Positions 28,701 to 38,080 of a stretch of DNA of 64,000 nucleotides are shown piece by piece. The notes beneath the pieces were generated by a model. That model was not told the origin of the DNA and ran no database searches. It worked only from the letters and a program-made list of their open reading frames with translations. Source of the DNA: an uncultured virus (IMG/VR IMGVR_UViG_3300012920_000026) (Duplodnaviria > Heunggongvirae > Uroviricota > Caudoviricetes); the IMG/VR virus record IMGVR_UViG_3300012920_000026, positions 1 to 64,000 of that record. One strand, given 5' to 3'. The first letter of the stretch is position 1; every line of letters begins with the position of its first letter. Made by a program: the position numbers and the translations under genes.

Positions 28701-30443
28701 GACACATTTTTTCCTAAAACATAATTTTAACTTTAAACAAACAGTGAACCCAATCTTTTTTGTTAATCCTATGTAAGTCTGAAAATTAAATATATTAATG
28801 GAACTGCTACATGAAACATTACTACAACCGTGATTACCATATCTTATGCGTATATCACTAACTACTTTTAACCCACATATAATAGGTATTTGGCATATGG
28901 ATGTTATTAAACTATTAATATAATTTAATATTCCATTTATGAAAGCAATAACAATTCCGACTGCAGTTAATACAAAACAAAATATAGAATATATTGCATT
29001 TATTTTTGTAAATAACCTATTTATTGGGAATTTATTTGTTCCTGCACCATCTTCAATTCTCTTTATTCCAATAAAATTTCTATTTCTGTCTTTTTTATTT
29101 GATTGGTATCTCGAAATGAATTGTTTAACAGTATAAACTTTTTTCCATCTTAAAGTGTAAAAATCCTCTAAATAGTTATATTGATTATTAGTTTGTCCAG
29201 AATATGGTGTATTTTCAGTAAACGTAGATAACTGTCTATTTATTTTATATGGTTTTTCTTCTTGTAACTCTTTTAAATCATAGTTATCGAATTTATAATT
29301 TCCTGTTAAATTAGGTACTAAAAAACTTGCCCTTCTCCTAAGTCTTTTATCATTACCTGTGGCATCCATACTGATTCTAAATCTAAAATCAGCCTCAGTA
29401 GCGATACCTTTAATACCATCTGGACTAGGAACTAAGTTACCAAATTCATCTGTCACTACTTTTCTTAAATTCATTGGTAATTGTAATGCAAATGTACCAT
29501 TTTCATCTATTGCATCTTCATCAATATCGTATTTTTCTATATCTCCATCTATAGTACGATATATAGCCTCAACTTGTCCTTTACCGGTAATCATTTCCTC
29601 CATACGACCCATTTTCTTTCTAGGTCTACAATTTTTATTAACAGAGTCTTTTTCATCATCTGATAATACACTACCAAAAAACATTGCCGTAGGTGTTAAT
29701 TCTATAGAATCTATACTAATATCTTCTCTGGTAATTCCAATAACTCTACCCGTACTTAAACTGTCACACCAAAATGGTTGGACTAAAACATTTATGTTTT
29801 GACTAACTATTTGAGTTAAACTATCCAAGTTTCTACTACTTTTAAATTTAAATGGTGACGCAAATAACTCTTCTGCATAACCTTGTTCTATTAATTCATA
29901 AGGTCTAGCAGATATAAAACCTATGTCACTAATATCCATATCATAATGTAGTGTTTGATTACCTGTAGGAACACCAAATAAAATAAAATCTCCTGATTCG
30001 TTGGTTGTTGTAGTATATTTATAATATCTTTCGTATATTTCTAAGTTTATTTTATCATCTAAAATACCTATTTTATCAGGAAATGTACCAACCGGTGTGT
30101 GATCTAAAGTTTGTTGACTATCGGGTAATAAATTATATCGTATACCGTTAACATTTTTCTTCTCAGGTGAAGGACTGTCAAAAGGGTATAATTGTTCAAC
30201 TATAGGATTATTAGAATTTTTTGGTATAAATATAGATACTTTTACATTTGGTACACCAAAACCGTTATTTATTATAACTCTACCTGCTACTACACCATGA
30301 TCGGAACAAAAATTTCCATAAACATCTTCCTGTTTAATTTTTAAACTTAAAATTTCTAGTAAGTCAAAATCTTGTTTAAGTTCGACCTTAACATACTTAT
30401 CTTTTCCGTTTGGTGTTGTTCTTATTCGAACTGATTTTGACAT
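25800..30443 (-). CDS. large (1547 aa) baseplate-region protein with hydrophobic helix and Cys-rich segments
   Basis: N-terminal prealbumin/carboxypeptidase-regulatory-like strand pattern (AGRVI...PNVKVSI...TTNESGDFIL); hydrophobic stretch AIYSIFCFVLTAVGIVIAFINGIL; directly downstream of the gp6-like region. Confidence 0.55.
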   Translation of the reverse strand: MSKSVRIRTTPNGKDKYVKVELKQDFDLLEILSLKIKQEDVYGNFCSDHGVVAGRVIINNGFGVPNVKVSIFIPKNSNNPIVEQLYPFDSPSPEKKNVNGIRYNLLPDSQQTLDHTPVGTFPDKIGILDDKINLEIYERYYKYTTTTNESGDFILFGVPTGNQTLHYDMDISDIGFISARPYELIEQGYAEELFASPFKFKSSRNLDSLTQIVSQNINVLVQPFWCDSLSTGRVIGITREDISIDSIELTPTAMFFGSVLSDDEKDSVNKNCRPRKKMGRMEEMITGKGQVEAIYRTIDGDIEKYDIDEDAIDENGTFALQLPMNLRKVVTDEFGNLVPSPDGIKGIATEADFRFRISMDATGNDKRLRRRASFLVPNLTGNYKFDNYDLKELQEEKPYKINRQLSTFTENTPYSGQTNNQYNYLEDFYTLRWKKVYTVKQFISRYQSNKKDRNRNFIGIKRIEDGAGTNKFPINRLFTKINAIYSIFCFVLTAVGIVIAFINGILNYINSLITSICQIPIICGLKVVSDIRIRYGNHGCSNVSCSSSINIFNFQTYIGLTKKIGFTVCLKLKLCFRKKCVFGGWLCKRCNDTCFPDTNPGHSCCRDISGPGGQTANDNENCTSGGNDRKYGCPTNDCALCIDGTPSDNKDRGCCRSCCTKINLIALNCPEDNAFPTIRPSLIFTPLARNVCNETFVKINSCKECSGSSTPQIKEWVKCKLEGVANWLNMIRFEFYNDWVSGTLYFPLIKRKYKLKKRKKKRGQLKKDKFCDFDCAPDYQTPNTYNKYRVIVENTTANQEEIIDVNGCRVRIRGSKRYVTPWFGKYVPNGNAQVLEDIAILNAKESLKFTGVDTASNPCTLRFDDPLVFQAFDDNANIEIRINDSKTIKTFPGPHGRPNYVEVEDPVTGLSVWENRGGHSHHKNKCNTVYRVEKEEYFRSSVGCQTDLGNNNAGSIDADFITSPPDPETQPGEDIPNNLQPQSCPPTGCIDPCQSAVQGCTNRCPCTQHNSYNDKNIKHGIIAWEDGKIYYASVMKKPDAAYNTLPRNYKANLLYPTDLVEMGSSVYCDIDDVPFVINDLEPTTSRLSEEGLKYDFENQNANPIVVNSVEEKDGIVNLRAYVSFGCTRVNCLNTTAGVVQSQVGIDLIDSNDLGMEVGQCFTYYEHDSETRDYFCRRFSTFKNDDLEVNYMRPGSNEFDNLYDVYPSAQFTSGIPSVNYSIDGVLIPNSINDGDEFVTGDRCGLKSNGKFFYGTGWKGGNNPFPSEFLDFPNMSNINDKTNPQNFGVKYSTSQTPYYHYFGLVPGKSALHRLVSKYFADKIDEVTLQGLGNNEKAGSNTYNQPGFRDIGQNKFTALRSCLGEAVITSASESAAISDLSNSGVISLPNGNAAVGKNSGGASSIPNNLKYQITGVNEVGNTNTFSTDKTNNFGQASPTKIIVTSPNAELKIEISSGSVGSGLFGMPLLTTGTGKFIIYNDNTTTPVNTNVISTYGSQPNTETLISRPLFAFTSTVTEVINFTIKQTGTYNVYLEYVAGSNNTNGYIKIT

Positions 30444-30448
30444 ATCTA

Positions 30449-30868
30449 CTATTCTTCATTTTCTTCGTTATCTTCTACTATTTCTAAATTACTAAAAGTT
30501 TCTGCACTATATGTTGGTGTGTCAGAAAACTGTTTTTCTCTTTTTTCTCTAGTTGCAGTGTTTTTTCTTACTTTATTTTTTTCTGTTCTTTCTCTAATTT
30601 TATTTTTCCAATATAGTGACCATTTTACTTGTATTTTTTGTAACCACTTAGGGGTAAACATATGTAAAATAAATTGAATGGTAATTGCCACTAATACTAA
30701 TGGTATTGCCATTAAAATTACTACTGTCGTCACTAATTTTAATATTATATTCATTTCGTTAAAATTACCATCTGCAATTGCAGATGGGATTAAATTAATT
30801 TCTTTTCCAGGAATATCATCATATGACATTTCACCTTGTTTTTTTCCGTTACATGTATTACATCCCAT
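30449..30868 (-). CDS. small membrane protein with N-terminal CxxC
   Basis: MGCNTC; long hydrophobic stretch IILKLVTTVVILMAIPLVLVAITIQFILHMF followed by a basic region. Confidence 0.6.
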   Translation of the reverse strand: MGCNTCNGKKQGEMSYDDIPGKEINLIPSAIADGNFNEMNIILKLVTTVVILMAIPLVLVAITIQFILHMFTPKWLQKIQVKWSLYWKNKIRERTEKNKVRKNTATREKREKQFSDTPTYSAETFSNLEIVEDNEENEE

Positions 30869-30913
30869 AATTTCTATTTTTTTTAAAACTAATTCATAAA
30901 CTACGAAAAGTAA

Positions 30914-32737
30914 CTATTTAAACCTAACTTTTATATCTTTATTTGGGAATTTAACTTCAAACATTGCATCTGGTTCACCAAATAAAGTATAATCATCAGA
31001 AATATCTATTTCTTTACTATCATCATCTATATATGGTTGAGATATTTCATTTAATGAATATTTTCCACCAACTTTATTAAATATCTTCAAATCAGTAACA
31101 TTTAATACTCCACCTACATTATTTATATTTTCAACTAACTGAGCTAAATAAACATTTTCTCCCATACCCCAACTATCTATATCAAAATACTCTTCTACTG
31201 TTTCAATAACTGAAGACATAATTTCACCTTTAGATGTAGTTTTATCTGTAAATACGGAAACTTCAAATGAAAGGTTAATAATTCTACCATCTTTTATCGT
31301 TACATAATCGTTTAACATTCTATAATTAGATAGGTACTCTGCTATATTTTCTTTTAATGTATCAGTAGAAGTATTTGTTAAATTTTCATTTTCATCTAAA
31401 GCCAAAATTGTTACGTTAACTTTATTTCTTTCTTCCCAAACCCCACTTCTAAAAGGAATACCAAACTTTCCAGGCATTAAACTTATTCTAGACATATAAT
31501 CTTTTATAGTTACACATCTGTCTTGTGCAGAAAAATTATATTTAACTAATTGTCTAATTTCGTTAAGGGACGGTTGATCTTTACCCCCAATAGCAGGTAT
31601 TGGGTTATTTGCGGTTAAACTATTTTTTACATTTAAATTTATTGTTGCGTCTTCACCTGTAGTAACCATAAATACTTCGCCTAAACCTTTTAACACATTA
31701 GGTCCAATATTACTGTCACCGCCTCCACCAACTCTATATTTAATAAACATAGTTCTTCCAGGTGTAGGTATAGTTCCTAATGAATCATTATTAACAAAAT
31801 TACCAATTTGTGTTATTTGTCCTCTACACCCAATAAAATCGTTTAATTCTGAAACATCTATTTCACCACCACCAAATGTAATTTTACAAAAACCATTGTC
31901 CGTATATTCACTTATAAATCTTTGAGGTATGTTTTTCCATTTACCGGCTAAAATACCTTGTGTTGTCGTAGGTACATTAGGATCTTCAATAAACTTTTCT
32001 GCCTCAGCTAATGCACTAACTTCATAAAAATTATTTTCAAAGGTGGAATAATCAACTAAAGTAGGGGGTGTGGTTAAATTTGTTCCTTCCAATGTAATTA
32101 TATTGTCAATAGAAATTACATTATCTTCAGGTAAAATAACTTCTAAAAAAGGTTTATAATCTTCTCTACTTATAACTCTTTTATATTCTTTAGTAATACC
32201 ATTGACTACTAAAGCTTGTTTAATTAAATTATAATTGTCTATACCACCAGAGGAATTTTTATTAGGTAAAACTTTTCTATTAGGTATACCACTACTACTA
32301 AAAGGGGAGGAAAAATCTAAATCATCTACTAACTCAAACACTTTGCCCGCACCTGTAACTTGTGTACCCTTTAATAATATTGGTGCATAACTTTCATCTG
32401 CCTTAGTACCATCATTTTCATCTACTGGAACAGTAACAGATAATTCCACAATTGTAATACTAGGTCTTTTACCTGGAACTTTTAAACCAAAAGTTTTAGC
32501 CAATTCTAATAGTGATGATCTCTCTTGTGCATAATTTATTTGTGTTTCATTAAACATTCTGTCTGTATGAAATGATAACATATCACCTACTGCAGCATTT
32601 AACTCTAATAACATCATACCTACAGAAGCGTCATTGAAATCTGATAATACTTCAGGATAATATTGTTGTACAAAACCAATTAATTCTGCTCTTACTTCGG
32701 CAAAATTTCTACTATTATAATTTACTTTCTTTTTCAT
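30914..32737 (-). CDS. baseplate wedge protein (T4 gp6 / baseplate J-like)
   Basis: YNSRNFAEVR, DMLSF..D...NE..I..A.ERSS, YRVGGG..SN, AQDRCVT..DY. Confidence 0.85.
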   Translation of the reverse strand: MKKKVNYNSRNFAEVRAELIGFVQQYYPEVLSDFNDASVGMMLLELNAAVGDMLSFHTDRMFNETQINYAQERSSLLELAKTFGLKVPGKRPSITIVELSVTVPVDENDGTKADESYAPILLKGTQVTGAGKVFELVDDLDFSSPFSSSGIPNRKVLPNKNSSGGIDNYNLIKQALVVNGITKEYKRVISREDYKPFLEVILPEDNVISIDNIITLEGTNLTTPPTLVDYSTFENNFYEVSALAEAEKFIEDPNVPTTTQGILAGKWKNIPQRFISEYTDNGFCKITFGGGEIDVSELNDFIGCRGQITQIGNFVNNDSLGTIPTPGRTMFIKYRVGGGGDSNIGPNVLKGLGEVFMVTTGEDATINLNVKNSLTANNPIPAIGGKDQPSLNEIRQLVKYNFSAQDRCVTIKDYMSRISLMPGKFGIPFRSGVWEERNKVNVTILALDENENLTNTSTDTLKENIAEYLSNYRMLNDYVTIKDGRIINLSFEVSVFTDKTTSKGEIMSSVIETVEEYFDIDSWGMGENVYLAQLVENINNVGGVLNVTDLKIFNKVGGKYSLNEISQPYIDDDSKEIDISDDYTLFGEPDAMFEVKFPNKDIKVRFK

Positions 32738-32739
32738 AT

Positions 32740-33123
32740 TTAAAGTGTTATTTCTAAAATATCAGAAGATGCGAAAGTACCATCTACTACTGTATATTTT
32801 AATTCAACTATTATTAATTCTTCAATGTCATTTTTTTTAAAATCTATACTATCGACAACTAAATTTGGTATATATTTTTTTATTGTCTCATTTAAATTGT
32901 CTTTAATTTCACTATGTGTTATGTTATCATTAGGTTCAAAAATAAACTTTTTTAAATCACTACCAAAATCTGGCATATACAATCTTTCTCCTTTAGTAGT
33001 CAATAAAAGATGAAGTAAATCAGCCTTAATTGCATCTTTATCAGTTTGATTTAATTTAAAGTAAAAACCACTCTCACTGTTCTTAAAAGGAAAATCAATA
33101 TTTATAAATCTTTCTTCTGCCAT
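32740..33123 (-). CDS. baseplate wedge protein, gp25/GPW-like
   Basis: LLLTTKGERLYMPDFGSDL..FIFEP motif. Confidence 0.9.
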   Translation of the reverse strand: MAEERFINIDFPFKNSESGFYFKLNQTDKDAIKADLLHLLLTTKGERLYMPDFGSDLKKFIFEPNDNITHSEIKDNLNETIKKYIPNLVVDSIDFKKNDIEELIIVELKYTVVDGTFASSDILEITL

Positions 33124-33171
33124 ATGTATATAAATATTCTACAATAAATTTTTTAAAAGAAAAGGTTATAT

Positions 33172-33205
33172 AAAAAAAAAAGGTATCGTTTGATACCTTT
33201 TTTTT
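33172..33205. terminator. intrinsic terminator after RNR (A-tract/hairpin/T-tract, potentially bidirectional)
   Basis: aaaaaaaaaaggtatc-gttt-gatacctttttttt. Confidence 0.85.
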
Positions 33206-33225
33206 ATTTAATAATAATCATTATT

Positions 33226-35085
33226 TTAAGTAATTTCACAAGCTCCTCCAGCACAAGCTAATTCACCACTTAAATTTGTTTCATCATTTTCTTCTACTAC
33301 TTTAGATAAGTCTATTTCTGATAGTGTTTTCATCATTTTTTCATACTCATCTTTAGTACAATCCTCAAATGGTGCTTGTACATAAGTACCACCATTATAT
33401 GGTAAAACGGATAATCCATTATAATGTTCCCTATTATTCCACATCCATTCACCAGCTAACTCCCAATCTTCTTCTTTTAAAGATATTGTTGCGGAGACAT
33501 TATGTGAATTAGAACCACTATTATGCCCACTTTTAACCCATTTAGTTGCAACTGTTTTAACTCTTTCTAATAAATCAAATGGTGACTCAGTTCTTAATAT
33601 TGAACCTTTGGGTGCTTTTTGTGGTATAGATATAACTGCGGTATCATGTCCCCTAAAATAATCGTCTTCTATTAATTCTGGGTGATTGTTTTGAAGGTAT
33701 CCATACATTGATTCATTTTTACCTACTCTAACTCTTCTAATATAATAATCGTTATGCCAAGCATGTATTCCAGATGAAGTACCTAATGTAAGTGAAGTAG
33801 TTCCAGCAGGTTTAACTGTAGTAGTTCTAGCTGATTTATTAATACCAATTAATTTAGCAACCCTACTATTTTCTCTTTTAACAACTTTAGCAGCTTCTTC
33901 CATATCGTAACCTAAAACTCTACCTGAACCAATACCTGTCATACTAACACCTATTAATGCTTCTTTTTCAGTAGTTTCCTGCCATATATCTCTTAAATAA
34001 TGAAAATGTGTATATCCGGCTTGTAGTGTACCTATAAAAGCTGCGGCTTTAACTCTTTCATTTAAATCTTCTTGTGACTCAATGTTTGATACGTTGACTT
34101 CACATAAATTACAAAACTGATAAGGTCTCAAAGCTATTTCACAACAAGGATTTGTACCCCAGTCTTTATCATTATTAAAATAAATACCTGGCTCACCAGA
34201 TCCACTTAATTCAACTCTTTTCCATAAATCTAAAAAGAATTCCTTAGTTATCTTATGTCTCATTAAACACGCTGAGTTATTAGATCTACCTCTTTGTGGA
34301 TTTGTTTCCCACCAATTACCTGATTTACAACCAATCATTTCTTGATCGTCTGCAGAAAATAAACTAATTAATGCAGCTCTACGAATACCTCCCGCTAATA
34401 CCGCATCTGCAATATGACATACAATATCATGTACCTCTAAAGTAGTTAGTTGTTCACCATCTTCTTTTTCACTTAATATACCAGTTATTTTAACGATACA
34501 TTCTTTTAATGGTTGAGGTCCTGGTGCCTTACCTCCTGAAGTAACTAATCTAGCCCCTTTAGGTCTAATATCAGAATAATCAAATACTATTCTAGAACTC
34601 TTACCATTAAGATAGGATTTCATTAATAATTTAATTGCATCTGCCCAACCTTCTATTGAGTCACTAATTAAAAATCTTTTTGTTCTTTTCTCATAAGGTT
34701 TATTTACGGGCGGTAATTTCTCAACATGATGTTTTTGTACTGAGTAACCTACACCAGTTCCACCTAACAATAAAAACATACACTCACTAAAAGAGTCTAT
34801 ATGATCGATAGGCATATATGCACAATTATAAATTCTATTAGGTGATATTTCAATTGGTTTTCCACCAAATTGCATACTTCTCATTGAGGGTAATACTTTT
34901 TTGTCGTACACAAATTGGTACGCTTCGTCTATTTTATCCGCAATGTTAGGGTATCTTTTTTGATGCATTTCTTTATTACGGGTAACTAATTCATCCCATG
35001 TTTCTCTTCTGTCTAATTCTGGTAGATATTTTGCATACTTCATATATACAGTAATATCCGATAAAATTTTGCTTGATAACTCCAT
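33226..35085 (-). CDS. nrdJ: class II (adenosylcobalamin-dependent) ribonucleotide reductase
   Basis: NCA, GTNPCCEI, TTVKPAGT, C-terminal CAGGAC; no small-subunit gene adjacent. Confidence 0.9.
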   Translation of the reverse strand: MELSSKILSDITVYMKYAKYLPELDRRETWDELVTRNKEMHQKRYPNIADKIDEAYQFVYDKKVLPSMRSMQFGGKPIEISPNRIYNCAYMPIDHIDSFSECMFLLLGGTGVGYSVQKHHVEKLPPVNKPYEKRTKRFLISDSIEGWADAIKLLMKSYLNGKSSRIVFDYSDIRPKGARLVTSGGKAPGPQPLKECIVKITGILSEKEDGEQLTTLEVHDIVCHIADAVLAGGIRRAALISLFSADDQEMIGCKSGNWWETNPQRGRSNNSACLMRHKITKEFFLDLWKRVELSGSGEPGIYFNNDKDWGTNPCCEIALRPYQFCNLCEVNVSNIESQEDLNERVKAAAFIGTLQAGYTHFHYLRDIWQETTEKEALIGVSMTGIGSGRVLGYDMEEAAKVVKRENSRVAKLIGINKSARTTTVKPAGTTSLTLGTSSGIHAWHNDYYIRRVRVGKNESMYGYLQNNHPELIEDDYFRGHDTAVISIPQKAPKGSILRTESPFDLLERVKTVATKWVKSGHNSGSNSHNVSATISLKEEDWELAGEWMWNNREHYNGLSVLPYNGGTYVQAPFEDCTKDEYEKMMKTLSEIDLSKVVEENDETNLSGELACAGGACEIT

Positions 35086-35114
35086 TTTTTAACTACTTAT
35101 TTTATTTATTATTA

Positions 35115-36503
35115 TTAATTTTCCCCTAATGTCTCTCTTTTCTTTTTCATGGCATCTATAACCAATTGAGACTTTCTCTTCTCCTCACCATTTTGGTGTT
35201 CTAAGAATGAAACGTCACTAGAAATACTAGTGTCTATTTTTAATGATCCGTTATCAAATAATATATCTTCGAATATAATACCATCTTTACCAAATCTAGA
35301 CTTAAGTATTGCCATAGTAGCAGTACCTTCTTCTTTTTGTTCTAAAGTCTTAGCTACTGATATAATAAAGTGTCCAATTTGTCCTTTTTTAATCGAACCA
35401 CCAATCATATCTGCTTTCACTACATCCGCACCTATAGAACTTCTATTACCTTGTACTGCAGTCCACCCAACAACGTCTAATTCAGATATCATAGTTTCAA
35501 ACTGTCTCATAACGTTTCCTTCACCAGCATATTCATCTTTAAACTGTTTAGTGGGTACAACACAATCCATATAATCTATAAAAACAACATCAGGTTTTGT
35601 ACCATTAGATGTTAGTTTTCTTAAATATTGTTTTATATGATTAATTGTTGTGCCATCACTCGGCATCTTTTTTAATATTAAATTTCCTTCTTTTTCTTTA
35701 AACTGAGGTAATAATGCTTTAACTTCTTCTTTTCTATCAGTTAATTCATTTAGTGGTATTTCACTCCAACATGTCATATGTTTTCTTTGAATGACTTTTG
35801 GGTTATCTTCAAAGAAGATTTGCACTACATTGTAACCCAAATTATAAGCAGTATTTGCCATACGAGTTATTAAAGTAGTTTTACCAACACCAAAAGGTGC
35901 TAAAATCACACCTAATTCTCCTTTAGATAATCCACCATCCATTAAATTGTCTATACCAACTAATCCTGTGGGTACAGGACTCCTAAAATCATCACTTAAT
36001 ACCTCATCTATTGCGTGAAAGACATCTATACCATTATCTTTTTCTCCTCCAACAGATAAAGCTTCTTTTAATATGTCTTCGCATTCATCATACCTATCAA
36101 AATCTCCCGAATCTAATATTCCTTGTATCTTATTTGTTGCTTTTTTAAGTTCTTGTTGTTTACAAAACTTAGTTGCAACTTCTTGTGTGTGTAAACAATC
36201 TTTATTATCTGAATTTTTTACCTCTTTAACCATTTCAATCGCAGAATCTCTAGCGATATCTCTTTTTATTTCTACTCTTATAAGTTGAAAAATAGTGTCA
36301 TAAGTAGGAATTGTTTCATAACTTTCATAATAATTTTTAATACTAGCAACAATTATTCTAAGATATTCGTTATCAAAATATTTTGGATCGATTATATCAA
36401 TAATCTCCTCACAAAATTTATTATCTTCAATTAATTGTTTGACTAACTTAATTTGAAAACTCCACCCTAAATAACCTAAATTTTTATCTTTTTCTTTAGT
36501 CAT
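35115..36503 (-). CDS. dnaB: replicative DNA helicase (DnaB/T4 gp41 family)
   Basis: Walker A APFGVGKTT, Walker B VFIDY, TAVQGNR, KSRFG. Confidence 0.9.
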   Translation of the reverse strand: MTKEKDKNLGYLGWSFQIKLVKQLIEDNKFCEEIIDIIDPKYFDNEYLRIIVASIKNYYESYETIPTYDTIFQLIRVEIKRDIARDSAIEMVKEVKNSDNKDCLHTQEVATKFCKQQELKKATNKIQGILDSGDFDRYDECEDILKEALSVGGEKDNGIDVFHAIDEVLSDDFRSPVPTGLVGIDNLMDGGLSKGELGVILAPFGVGKTTLITRMANTAYNLGYNVVQIFFEDNPKVIQRKHMTCWSEIPLNELTDRKEEVKALLPQFKEKEGNLILKKMPSDGTTINHIKQYLRKLTSNGTKPDVVFIDYMDCVVPTKQFKDEYAGEGNVMRQFETMISELDVVGWTAVQGNRSSIGADVVKADMIGGSIKKGQIGHFIISVAKTLEQKEEGTATMAILKSRFGKDGIIFEDILFDNGSLKIDTSISSDVSFLEHQNGEEKRKSQLVIDAMKKKRETLGEN

Positions 36504-36538
36504 TATTTAATCCTTTTTGATTTATTAATAAATATACA

Positions 36539-37000
36539 CTAAAGCGTGTAACCACAATATTCTTGACTATATTTTTTTAAACTCATCCCATTCTGTATAA
36601 TAGAGATGATTTCAGGAATAATTGATCTGATATCAACATCATATCTTACCTTTGGGGGGTAGTCATTACCACTAAAAATCTTTTGTGCTACAACCCTTCC
36701 TTTAACTTTAATTTGTAAAGTGAATAAATCTTCATTTTCATATACATCATGTCTTAATTCCTCTAATTCTTCTGTAGTTTGAATAGCATAAGGATTATAA
36801 TACTTCCACAAATAAAAATTACTTTTTAATTTAAATTGGTTCTTTATGACTTCAGTTGCATCATCAATAACATTTTTAATTTCTGTGGATCTTAAACTTT
36901 TTTCATTATATCCATTTATTTGAAAGTTTCTACCGACTATAGGTTTACCGTTAATCAATAATAAAAATTCATAAGGAAGATTATCATATCTTTTTTTCAT
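36539..37000 (-). CDS. hypothetical protein
   Basis: 153-aa ORF inside the replication operon. Confidence 0.65.
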   Translation of the reverse strand: MKKRYDNLPYEFLLLINGKPIVGRNFQINGYNEKSLRSTEIKNVIDDATEVIKNQFKLKSNFYLWKYYNPYAIQTTEELEELRHDVYENEDLFTLQIKVKGRVVAQKIFSGNDYPPKVRYDVDIRSIIPEIISIIQNGMSLKKYSQEYCGYTL

Positions 37001-37005
37001 AATTT

Positions 37006-38049
37006 TTAATTTTTAATTTTATTAAAATAACTTTTTTCTTTTTTTATTATTCGTAAAAACGGTTGTAAAAAGTTAATATAACCGTCTCTACCCCCAGGTA
37101 TTGCCATTGTTAATCCGTCTTCTAACATCATCTTAATTACATTTTTAGTTGTCCTATTTTCGGGATCAATAGGAGAACTAAATAAATTATTTAAAGTGGT
37201 TTTAGATTGTTCAGTTAACAAAGGTTTTTTTAGATTAATAATTTTTTCATTTACCTCAAAAATACTTTCACCTTGTACTCCCACAGTAACTTTATTAATT
37301 ATGTTATCTAATGTTTTCAATCTACTTTTTCTTTGACTTTGAATTTCTTCAATTTTACTAAAAATTTCTTTCAATGTCAAAGTTTTGGAAGAAAATTCAG
37401 GAAAATATTTTATTAATGTTTTTTCACTAACACCTTTTATACCTTTTATATTGTCACTAGCATCACCAGAAATCATTTTTAATAACTTAACATTACTATA
37501 ATGATGTGTAAAATATTCGTTATAATTTGATATTGTAATTATGTTTCTAAGATTAAGAACATATACTCCAACTCTATCATTAAGTAGTTGTAACATATCT
37601 CTATCATTAGTCATTATAACAACTTTCTCATTATCTTTAATCTGATTACAATAATAACCTATTCCATCATCTGCTTCTACAACCTCATCTATAAATTGAC
37701 GAATAAAAAGTTCTTCACAGTAATCAATTACTCTCTCTTTTTGAATATATAATTCAGGTTCTGATGGTGGTTGTTCACAATAAAAATCTTTATCCCTATT
37801 ACCTTTATAATCTTTATAGATATCATATCTTAACCTACCACTAAAAACACCATCCCAAAATACATAAACTCTATCGTATCTGTACTCATTAATATTTTTT
37901 CTTAACATAGTTAAGAATTGAAAAATCCCACCTATATGGTTTTCTTTATAATAAAGATTTTTTGCACCATGATAGGCGGTTTTTAACAATGAATCACCAT
38001 CTACTAATAAAGTGTGGGTATATTTAGGTTTTTTAGTTGGTCTCGACAC
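37006..38049 (-). CDS. 5'-3' exonuclease / flap endonuclease (T4 RNase H, PolA 5'-nuclease family)
   Basis: LLVDGDS, YKGNR, EADD, DRDMLQL, GDASDNIKGIKGVSEKT (H3TH motif). Confidence 0.9.
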   Translation of the reverse strand: MSRPTKKPKYTHTLLVDGDSLLKTAYHGAKNLYYKENHIGGIFQFLTMLRKNINEYRYDRVYVFWDGVFSGRLRYDIYKDYKGNRDKDFYCEQPPSEPELYIQKERVIDYCEELFIRQFIDEVVEADDGIGYYCNQIKDNEKVVIMTNDRDMLQLLNDRVGVYVLNLRNIITISNYNEYFTHHYSNVKLLKMISGDASDNIKGIKGVSEKTLIKYFPEFSSKTLTLKEIFSKIEEIQSQRKSRLKTLDNIINKVTVGVQGESIFEVNEKIINLKKPLLTEQSKTTLNNLFSSPIDPENRTTKNVIKMMLEDGLTMAIPGGRDGYINFLQPFLRIIKKEKSYFNKIKN

Positions 38050-38080
38050 TTAACATATTGATTACAAAATTAATAAAAAA

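Noticed and set aside
38064..38071. TAATTTTG -7-like box upstream of the 5'-3' exonuclease
   Set aside because: No -33 TTTG at the 20-nt spacing seen at the other sites; could be chance in AT-rich DNA.
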